A DNA stretch of 64,000 bases from Thermodesulfobacteriota bacterium (GTDB lineage Bacteria; Desulfobacterota_D; UBA1144; Nemesobacterales; Nemesobacteraceae). How positions within the stretch are numbered: position 1 is the first letter of the stretch; the number at the start of each line of letters is the position of its first letter. Positions 7,686-15,519 of the stretch are shown in pieces. Under the pieces are notes generated by a model. It had not been told where the DNA came from. It searched no databases and worked only from the letters and a program-made list of their open reading frames with translations. Location: the NCBI GenBank assembly GCA_965116075.1, contig OZ220467.1, forward strand, positions 2,308,849 to 2,372,848, given 5' to 3'. A program made the position numbers and the translations under genes.

Positions 7686-8858
7686 TTAGTTGTCTTGGAA
7701 AATGTAGGTTCGTGTTTTGGTATTAAATGTTGTACTTATAAACCTAGTCAGGGTCGCTTTATTGGTTACGATCTCTGCCGCTTTTGCCTGGTTTGCCGAC
7801 CCATTGACTTCTATAGTAACATAATTGACACCATTGACTTTAATAATACCCGCCGCGCTAGTTAGTGCTCTAGCGTTATCTCCTGCTGAGAAACCTCTGA
7901 AGTAGATTTTATCTTCTGCTGTATTGAAGTCCTTTATAACCTTAATACCTGGGTTAGCGTTATAGCTAATAAGAAAAGTATCAGCTCCAGCCCCTCCGGT
8001 AAGAGTATCAGCTCCAGTAAATCCCCAAAGAGTGTCATCGCCTTCTCCTCCGACTAGGGTGTCATCGCCGCTCCCTCCGTTAACAACATCAGCTCCAGCC
8101 CCGCCGTTTTGGGTGTCATCCCCTTCATCTCCAAAGAGGAAGTTGTCTTTGTCGTTTCCGGTAAGAGTGTCATCGCCTTTGCCGCAAAGAACAGTCTCAA
8201 TACCTTCAAATGTAAACGTCCCAGTGCCTGATAAAGAAGACCCATCATAAGTCCCCTTAGAAAGATCAATAGTTATATTATCGGTAATCTGATCGGAGTC
8301 AGTACGATTATAGGTACCGGTGACCGTACTAATAAGATCATCGCTTGCCTCTCTACGGCAATATATGATATCGTTACCATCACCGCCAAGCCATTTATTA
8401 GCGCCTGCTTGTTCCCAAATATAAAAGTGATCGCCCCCCCCTTCGCCGTACATTGTATCATCACCAGCTCCCCCTATCATTTTGTCATCGCCCCCGCCAG
8501 CGTAAACAATATCATCTCCGGCTTTAGCTCTAATCTCATTATTATTCCGATTTCCACAAATAACATCGGCATCATCGGTTCCGTTGATATTGTCGTCAGC
8601 AATACCTAATACACCATTTATTCCATTGCTAACATCACATCTTGAATCACCAAAAGGTTTTCCATCAGCTCCGGCGCTTCCATCGGCACCAGCATCCCCT
8701 TTATCGCCTTTGTTCCCTTTATCGCCTTTGTCGCCTTTATCACCTTTCGCCCCGTCCTTTCCCGCCGGCCCTGCTGGGCCTCTCTCCCCCTCACAAGCCA
8801 CGAAAAAAACTGCTCCAGTGAGCAGTAACAACATCACTAATAAATTGTGTAACTTCAT
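7686..8858 (-). CDS. Lipoprotein-signal / collagen-like (GXY) / RTX calcium-binding repeat protein, paralog 1
   Basis: The ATG at 8858 is preceded by AGGAGG. Signal MKLHNLLVMLLLLTGAVFFVAC (lipobox-like VAC). GXY run GERGPAGPAGKDGAKGDKGDKGDKGNKGDKGDAGADGSAGADG. RTX nonapeptides (GGAGDDTMYG, GGSGDDTLVGGEGDDTLWG, GGAGADTF). Confidence 0.85.
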   Translation of the reverse strand: MKLHNLLVMLLLLTGAVFFVACEGERGPAGPAGKDGAKGDKGDKGDKGNKGDKGDAGADGSAGADGKPFGDSRCDVSNGINGVLGIADDNINGTDDADVICGNRNNNEIRAKAGDDIVYAGGGDDKMIGGAGDDTMYGEGGGDHFYIWEQAGANKWLGGDGNDIIYCRREASDDLISTVTGTYNRTDSDQITDNITIDLSKGTYDGSSLSGTGTFTFEGIETVLCGKGDDTLTGNDKDNFLFGDEGDDTQNGGAGADVVNGGSGDDTLVGGEGDDTLWGFTGADTLTGGAGADTFLISYNANPGIKVIKDFNTAEDKIYFRGFSAGDNARALTSAAGIIKVNGVNYVTIEVNGSANQAKAAEIVTNKATLTRFISTTFNTKTRTYIFQDN

Positions 8859-8952
8859 AATACAACCTCCTGTATAAGTTGTTCCATTTATAAATGGACA
8901 TTTATCTGGCAAACCCTTGTTATAAAACCTTCATTCTTAAGTCAGTCTTTTG

Positions 8953-8982
8953 AGTTTACCCCCCCCCCCCTCACAAAGTCAA
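8953..8982 (-). promoter_or_regulatory. Putative sigma70-type promoter with G12 tract in the 18-nt spacer (paralog 1)
   Basis: Minus strand: TTGACT (8982-8977), ttgtga plus G12 (run at 8959-8970), TAAACT (8958-8953). Confidence 0.55.
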
Positions 8983-8997
8983 GGACTAGCGAGAAAC

Positions 8998-9367
8998 GAG
9001 GCATTTGCGCTGTAGTGATGCTTGATGCTGATTTCTTTTGATGATTGTGGAACCGCTACGGATTTATTTCTTTTGTAAATGATAAATTTGTTATTAACTT
9101 GAGGTAGTTACGCTACAACGACTTTGATGCTTTTTCCTTGAAGATAACCAAAATAACATTGACTTACTCTTATAAAAGAGGAGACGATTCTGCTAGCAAA
9201 TTAAATTTCAACCTATGAAGACACCTTTATAGTGACATTAAAAACAAATTAGATCATTGAGTTATTTGTATTTTTGGGGAACTTTTACAGGGGTTATATC
9301 AACCGATTTTAGTGTGGGGTGAAATTTGTGGATTTTGGCTTATATTAGCCGATTTTAGGACTTTTTT
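8998..9367 (-). mobile_element. MITE family 2, copy D (truncated, 370 of ~466 bp)
   Basis: Starts with the terminus GAGGCATTTGCGCTGT (8998-9013). It is collinear with the reverse complement of copies A and B, and is cut off at 9367 by the IS66-like end. Confidence 0.8.
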
Positions 9368-9390
9368 GTAAGCGTTCGTTCAAGGGGTGT

Positions 9391-10280
9391 TTATAGGGGG
9401 TTTGAGCGATTGAGGATTTGTCTCCAATTCCTGTGAAGCGGTCGTAGCCAAATGTCCTTTTTGGGTTTATCGCATCGTTTGTAACGATCGTAGCGACCAC
9501 GCCCCTGTGTAGTTCCAACGCGTGTCCATCCAGATGCCCGGTATACGGTGCCTGTATATGTCGGAATTTGTACAAACGTCTCAATAAGCACAGGCGTGAA
9601 GTTGTATCGTTGCTTCCACTCGTTGGGCAAGCGGCGACAGACTACCGAGAGTATGTGTGACCCAAGATTGGGTATCTGTATCCATGGAAGAATCAGGAAT
9701 CTGGGGTTGTCGATAACCAGCGGTAAATTCTTTTCACGTTGCTCGGATGTCCATCCTATGAAGGTATCACGCGGCGCAAGTTTCCATGCGGCGGTGGAGA
9801 AGCCTAGCATGGCCAGCGGCGAACCGTGGCGGTCGCGCACTGCGTAGCGCATCTGAGCCCCGACTAATGTCTTATACCCTAAGTAGTGATAACGCGCTAC
9901 AAACTCGTTCCATAGTTTGCCTTGCTTGGTGCCACTGACAACGGTGTGAACCTGCAGTGGACGGACTTCTTCAAGGGTCTTAGTAACCGGTAGCTTATGT
10001 GGTTCGGTGTCTGCTCCGAAGACAATAGGCTTGGCTCGGGGCGACACGCAGGTGGTGGCAACTTGATGATGCCATCCCTATGCATGGCTAGCATGGTGAG
10101 TCTGGCCGTCATATCCTTGAGTCCGCCATCGGGCTTGTACCACCCAATACGTCTGCAAAACTCTCTGGACAGAGCAGTCCGGTTGAGCCGCTCGGACCCG
10201 GCTATCAAAGCGCGTAGCAGTTTCATCTCCGCAGCCGTGAACTCTCGCCCGTAGTAGCGGCACTCAACCTTGTTGGTCAT
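9391..10280 (-). pseudogene. DUF4338-like gene, frameshifted (copy I)
   Basis: ORFs 9897..10280 and 9391..10047 together match the intact 297-aa copy at 31789-32682. A 2-nt deletion relative to copy II lies near 10045-10052. Confidence 0.75.
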
Positions 10281-12247
10281 GTCTTGGCGCCAAAGTCGCG
10301 CAAACGTTGCTCACTCATTGACCATGGCAACCAAGGCGATAGATCTTCCGGAGGACTCCTGCCATCTTCCGCGCAGGCAGTCAACCACCCCTTTAGCCAA
10401 CTGAGAATGTCAATACCATTCTTTGAGAGCGTACCTAACACCGTGTATAGAATGGCCGATGTTCTTGCTCCCTCTTCACTGTCAGATCCAAAACTTACTT
10501 TACGGGCAATGGCCGCCCCTCGCAACGCGCTCTCCGCAATATTGTTATCCATGGGAACTTGGGAATGTTCAACGAACACGCTCAGCCCCTCACGATGATT
10601 CATCAGCGACTTAAGTGGCTTTCGTTCACGCGCATCTTCCGCTAACTCGGACAATTCACTCTCGGCTTTGGCGAACACAGCGTCGCACGCTTTTTTCAGC
10701 TTTGTCTGCGTTCGTTCAAACTCTGGAGTATTACCTGAGACGTAGTGATCACACCGCTTTTTATTTAACTCATACATCTTTGCGATGCGTTTTATCCATT
10801 GTTCATTCCATTGCTCAAGCTGCTTGTCTTCTGTAGCGCATTTTATAAAATCTCTTCGTACATGCGCCCAACAAAAACACAGCGTCACCTTCTTATTGAG
10901 TTCTTTGAGGAAATCCCGAACCATCTTCTTATAGGAGCTGTGGCGGTCGCAGACCAAGAAAATACAATCAACGCTGTCGGCGAATAGGATCTTTGCCGCC
11001 TCAGAACTACGCGAACGGTCTATATAGTATAAGACCGAGTCTTTGCTCACAGATACGCACAGCCAAGCGCGTTGAGAACCTCCCACTTCCTTCAGTGACT
11101 GAATACGCCAACTTGTCTCGTCTGCATGACGCAATCTATCTTCGTTTTGATGGGCGAGAATCGCGTCATAGAGAGGCTCGAACAGAGGCAGCAGGCGCTT
11201 TGCGCTGTCCGCTAGAGTCCCTGCCGAAATCTTAAACCCGTGGTCGCTAAACGATCTCTCTATAAGGCGGTAGGGCCTCAGATTACGGTAACGCTCGTAT
11301 GTCAATTGAGCCCAGACACTGATCCCATATTGCGTATGCTCAAACAGCCGCACCGGCGCTGACGCCGTCACATAGAGCGGAGATGACTCACAGTCGCATG
11401 CCCTACGATGACGGGATTTGTTAATCTTGCGCTTGTGCGCCTTGACCTCAATCTCAAATGTCTCTGAGGTCTGCTTCCCATTTCCAACATACGGCTTCCC
11501 GCAACTGGAACAGGTAAGTTCATCCTCGGACGCATACCACGACTCTTCTACCACCTCAATATCTAGTCGGGCTGTACGACCATGACTAGGCGACCCGGGC
11601 TGTTGTCCTCGTCGTCGCCCCGAAGATGGCCTCTTTTACTTCTCACTACGCCTTCCGTACAACGAATTGGACAGAACCTTACGGTTAGAAAGCAGGTTCT
11701 TGACCTGCTTCTTCATCTCTGCATTCTCATCCTTCAGGCTGCCATTCTCATCTCTCAAGTCATCATTCTCATCCATCAAGTCGGCATTCTCATCTATCAA
11801 GTTAGCATTCTTATCTTTCAAGCTATCATTCTCATCTTTCAGACTACCATTCTCCATCCGCAACGACACAATCGTGCTACGCTTGCGCCTATCTACTCCA
11901 ACCTCGTCTAGCAATGCTCTAAGTCGTTCTACTTCTTTGTCCAACGATAAAGCACTTTTCGCCACACGACTGATACGCTTTACTTCTTCTTTTTTCGCGT
12001 CCAACTGAGTACGCGCTTTTTCCCAACAGAATTTATAATTCCCCGACTGTGATCGTTCCCACGTCAATTCATGTTCTAACTCCTGATGTTTATGTTTTAA
12101 CTCCTGATAAGCCGCTAGCAACTCTTCGTACGAAAACTTACAGTCTAACGAAGCGCATCCCGACGTAGCCGGCATGCAATTGATGCATCCAGCGTCATCT
12201 TTATCCAATAACCTGACAACCCCGATATCTTTGTCGTGAACAATCAT
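10277..12247 (-). pseudogene. IS66-family transposase (leucine zipper + zinc finger + DDE) with in-frame TAA
   Basis: ORFs 11636..12247 and 10277..11554 are in the same frame, with a single TAA at 11636-11638 (CAG in copy II). Motifs LYGRRSEK, CSSCGK and CWAHVRRDF. Confidence 0.8.
11722..11855 (-). repeat. 21-bp tandem repeat (about 6 units) encoding DENxxLx heptads in the transposase zipper
   Basis: CATTCTCATC-N11 periodicity read directly. Copy II (about 29940-29980) has five fewer heptads. Confidence 0.8.
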
Positions 12248-12369
12248 ATGACCGATGATAACCGATCAATTAAAATGTGACCAGCCTAAATGCAAAAAAA
12301 TATTTAAGACGGGATTAACGAACGATTAATCAAGCAAACACCCCTTGAACGAACGCTTACATTTTTTAG

Positions 12370-13623
12370 TTAAAAAACATTCCATGGTATTGGGAAAGAA
12401 TAGGAATCTAAAGCATTGTAATCCCAAAGTTTATATCTTTTTTCACTAATAATTTTTTCTGCTAGTTCTTGGTCAAGTTCTCCATTTGTCTCTATCCGTA
12501 AAATCTTCATGTTTTCTATATAAATCCTACCGTCTTTAGCTTTTAACTTTCCGAATGGACGCCCTCCACCCACCCCTCTAATTATATATATTGGTTTTTT
12601 ATAAGTGTCGTAGTAGCAAGTATTGTCAGTTATGCCAACCTCGGCGTGTTCTCTGCATGACGGGCTATATGCGTAGCTTACTTCCCTCTGATTATTGGGG
12701 AAAAAATTGATTACATTGTTTCGGTCAGTACGATGCGCTATTAAAAGCAAGAAGTCTTCTTCTAACTGAAAATTGCGAATAGTATCTACTTGTTTATTTT
12801 CGTCTTCTTTAGGTCTCCATTGCGCATCGTGAACAAAAGTATCCGCGCCCTGACCACTAGCGAGAGTGTCTCTACCATATCCACCTATAAGCCAATCGTC
12901 TCCAGGTCCTCCTCTGAGTATATCATCCCCCTGTCCCCCTCTGAGTATATCATCCCCCTGTCCCCCAAACAGAGAATCATTTCCATATCCACCGATAAGA
13001 ACATCGTCACCTTTTCTCCCGTAGATTCTGTCATTGCCATAAGTAGAGTAGGAATTAATACGAGACCATTCACGCTGAAAGGCGACTTTTGAAGAAGTAC
13101 CCCCATCCCCATAAAGTAGATTGTTCTCTTTCGTTCCGTAGATAATATCATTTCCACCGCCCCCGAGCACTGCGATAACATCTTTTAAGGGTCTATATTG
13201 GTTAGAGTAAATATCAAGCGGGGATTCAGAAACATCTACATCAGCAACACAGATAAAATCTCTACCGGTTGTCCCAAAGATTGTATAAATATTCCCATAT
13301 CCATGCCCCGGCCTCCAGCGATGGCTGGCGCTGTAAATGCCTTGATGCTGCGAGATGCCCTTGGGGCGGTAGTTAAAATGATCCATAGCTAAAAAGACAT
13401 CAGTTCTCACCAAAGACTTAGCATCCCAGCTCAAGTCAGATGAGGACTGAATATCATCGCACCGCGAATCTTCACTAGTCGCCCTTGGCTCTTCTTCACC
13501 CCCCACCGGAATCTCATCATCTCCACTTTTTGCATCAATCGTATCTGGTGGAGTTTCCTCCGCCTGCGCCGGCGCGCCCCAGAGTAAAAACAGAATTGAA
13601 AAAACTGCTATAGCTAGTCTCAT
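12370..13623 (-). CDS. Secreted RTX-type calcium-binding repeat protein (second architecture)
   Basis: The ATG at 13623 is preceded by GGGAGGA. Sec signal MRLAIAVFSILFLLWGAPAQA. Repeats GGYGNDSLFGGQGDDILRGGQGDDILRGGPGDDWLIGGYGRDTL. Confidence 0.8.
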   Translation of the reverse strand: MRLAIAVFSILFLLWGAPAQAEETPPDTIDAKSGDDEIPVGGEEEPRATSEDSRCDDIQSSSDLSWDAKSLVRTDVFLAMDHFNYRPKGISQHQGIYSASHRWRPGHGYGNIYTIFGTTGRDFICVADVDVSESPLDIYSNQYRPLKDVIAVLGGGGNDIIYGTKENNLLYGDGGTSSKVAFQREWSRINSYSTYGNDRIYGRKGDDVLIGGYGNDSLFGGQGDDILRGGQGDDILRGGPGDDWLIGGYGRDTLASGQGADTFVHDAQWRPKEDENKQVDTIRNFQLEEDFLLLIAHRTDRNNVINFFPNNQREVSYAYSPSCREHAEVGITDNTCYYDTYKKPIYIIRGVGGGRPFGKLKAKDGRIYIENMKILRIETNGELDQELAEKIISEKRYKLWDYNALDSYSFPIPWNVF

Positions 13624-13904
13624 AATAGTTCCTCCCATTATTTAAGTATCAATGCCACGCCTGCCCGTGTAGTTAGTGTTCACCAGAAAACCCCCTTTTT
13701 TGGAGATATTAGACTGCTATTTTGCCTGATCCGAGCGTCAAACGGAAGTTGACTTAAGATTTTTTTGTGGATTTTGTGCGTATCAAGCAGTTATTTTCTA
13801 CTTTTGAGACCAATTTTAAGGGCCATAATCACCATTAGCGCATAGGTCACCGTTCCCGCTTAGTGTGGGTTAAAAAATTGGTGTTTTTTGGGAGAATGAA
13901 GTCG

Positions 13905-14288
13905 TCAGTCTGCGTATCGTCGTCGCTTACGCCGACGTAGTAAAAGACCTATACGGTGGATGTTAAAGGCGGCTATGGAGAGTGACACCGTGCGAGCAAA
14001 ACCATCTGCTCCACGTGCTCGGACACGATCCAACCCTCGGTGCTCAAGGTTGTTTATCGCTGATTCCACTGCAGAATGCTTGCGGCGCATTGCTACGAAC
14101 TCTTCGCCTTGCTCTCGCTCTAGATCAACCTTGTTGGAACGACCCTTCTTTGGTAACACGTTGTGTTCTAGCAATTCGTCAAGCTTTATCCGGTTTTCTG
14201 GACTGTGAAAACTACGGTCAAAACTCACCGCAAAAAGACCCGAAAACAACTCATGAGCTCGTTTCACCATCTCCACCGCATAGTCCAC
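13905..14288 (-). pseudogene. C-terminal fragment of a DDE transposase (IS4/IS5-superfamily-like tail)
   Basis: 127 aa only. The tail HSAVESAINNLEHRGLDRVRARGADGF..AAFNIHRIG resembles the conserved C-terminal transposase block. No N-terminal catalytic part is present. Confidence 0.5.
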
Positions 14289-14411
14289 GTGGAAAGAAAC
14301 ATTTGCGCTATAGCGATTCTCAATATTGATTTCCTTTGCTCCTTTTAATCAGTGCCTATTTAACCCGGACAAGGATCCTTCACACTTGTCTGACCACGCC
14401 TCTTTTCAATC

Positions 14412-14842
14412 TGAACTTGCGGGAAAAATCTACCTTTTTTTGAGTGTAACTTATTCATATTAGTTTACTTTTATCTGTTTTTCGTGTAATATTCTGTCCA
14501 TGTATATTTGTAGTTTATTTGCTTTTTCCACTTGACAGGCTTCATTTTCTTATATATTATCCTGTGCATGTATGTAGATCACATCCCAAACAGAAATTCT
14601 CCACCCGCTATCCTGCTATGTGAGTACTATCGAAAAACAGAAAAGCCCATAAACGTACCATCTCTAGTTTATCCAAATGTTCACCCAAAGTTATTCAAGG
14701 ATTGCATGTACTATTCAAAGGCGACCACGCTGTTTCTGACTCATCTGGGGTTAAACTAAAACCTGTCCAGTAAAGAACATTTTATTTTTCTACTTTATCA
14801 ATAATACCAATGCCTTATCTCAAAATTGTTCCGCAAGTTCCG
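14412..14842. mobile_element. MITE family 1, copy b (431 bp, inverted relative to copy a)
   Basis: Termini CTGAACTTGCGG / CCGCAAGTTCCG. Direct 6-bp duplication TTCAAT at 14406-14411 and 14843-14848. Confidence 0.85.
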
Positions 14843-14906
14843 TTCAATACAAGTATCGGTACGCATAGAAATTTATGGAACTTTTATTGACAGGTCAAAT
14901 CATATC

Positions 14907-15004
14907 AGCCCAAGTTTATCCAAAGCCCACTAAAATTCGGCTAATTTAGGCTTTTCTCGTCTTTTTTCCTATAGGCGGTCCCCGTATATTCTGATATATC
15001 GTTA
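14907..15004. mobile_element. MITE family 3, end fragment
   Basis: AGCCCAAGTTTATCCAAAGCCCACTAAAATTCGGCTAATTTAGG.. matches the reverse complement of 31575-31674. It is cut at 15004 by the IS66-like copy III terminus. Confidence 0.7.
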
Positions 15005-15519
15005 GTAAGCGTTCGTTCAAGGGGTGTTTATAGGGGGTTTGAGCGGTTGAGGATTTGTCTCCAATTCCTGTGAAGCGGTCGTAGCCAAATGTCCTTTTTG
15101 GGTTTATCGCATCGGTTATAACGATCGTAGCGGCCACGCCCCTGTGTAGTTCCAACGCGTGTCCATCCAGAAGCCCGGTATACAGTGCCTGTATATGTCG
15201 GAATTTGTACAAACGTCTCAATAAGCACAGGTGTGAAGTTGTATCGTTGCTTCCACTCCTTGGGCAAGCGGCGACAGACTACCGAGAGTATGTGTGACCC
15301 GAGATTCGGTATCTGTATCCATGGAAGAATCAGGAACCGGGGGTTGTCGATAACCAGCGGTAAATTCTTTTCACGTTGCTCGGATGTCCATCCTATGAAG
15401 GTGTCACGCGGCGCAAGTCTCCATGCGGCGGTGGAGAACCCTAGCATGGCCAGCGGCGAACCGTGGCGGTCGCGCACTGCGTAGCGCATCTGAGCCCCGA
15501 CTAATGTCTTATAACCTAA

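Larger units (their letters stand above)
9368..12360 (-). mobile_element. IS66-like element, copy I (2993 bp)
   Basis: ~25-bp terminal inverted repeats GTAAGCGTTCGTTCAAGGGGTGTTT at 9368 and, reverse-complemented, ending at 12360. Carries the transposase and a DUF4338 gene. No clean target duplication. Confidence 0.8.

Noticed and set aside
8584-8877. Pro/Ser-rich antisense ORFs overlap the collagen-like regions (8584-8877, 29009-29260, 56452-56733, 62293-62715).
   Set aside because: They are the mirror image of GXY or PT-rich coding repeats on the opposite strand. They have no independent start or RBS signals.
10284-11235. A series of 60-100-aa ORFs runs antisense to the IS66-like transposase (also 17079-17261 and 30701-31281).
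   Set aside because: They are antisense to a clearly recognisable transposase frame, are conserved only because the IS is repeated, and contain no motifs.
11722-11855. Regularly spaced short repeats here and at 62338-62568 could be a CRISPR array.
   Set aside because: The repeats are contiguous, with no unique spacers. They are in frame within coding sequences, encoding heptads in one case and 19-aa units in the other. There are no cas genes.
13861-13904. A short stretch (TAGTGTGGG..TTTTTGGGAGAAT) resembles pieces of MITE-2.
   Set aside because: The matching words are in a different order from the MITE and only about 10 nt each. This is not enough to call a copy.
4826-14842. The two inverted MITE-1 copies might be the arms of a ~10-kb composite transposon carrying the PIN remnant, IS630, RTX paralog 1 and IS66-like copy I.
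   Set aside because: Each copy has its own, different 6-bp target duplication: TTTACA around copy a and TTCAAT around copy b. They are therefore independent insertions. A composite would share one duplication at the outer ends only.
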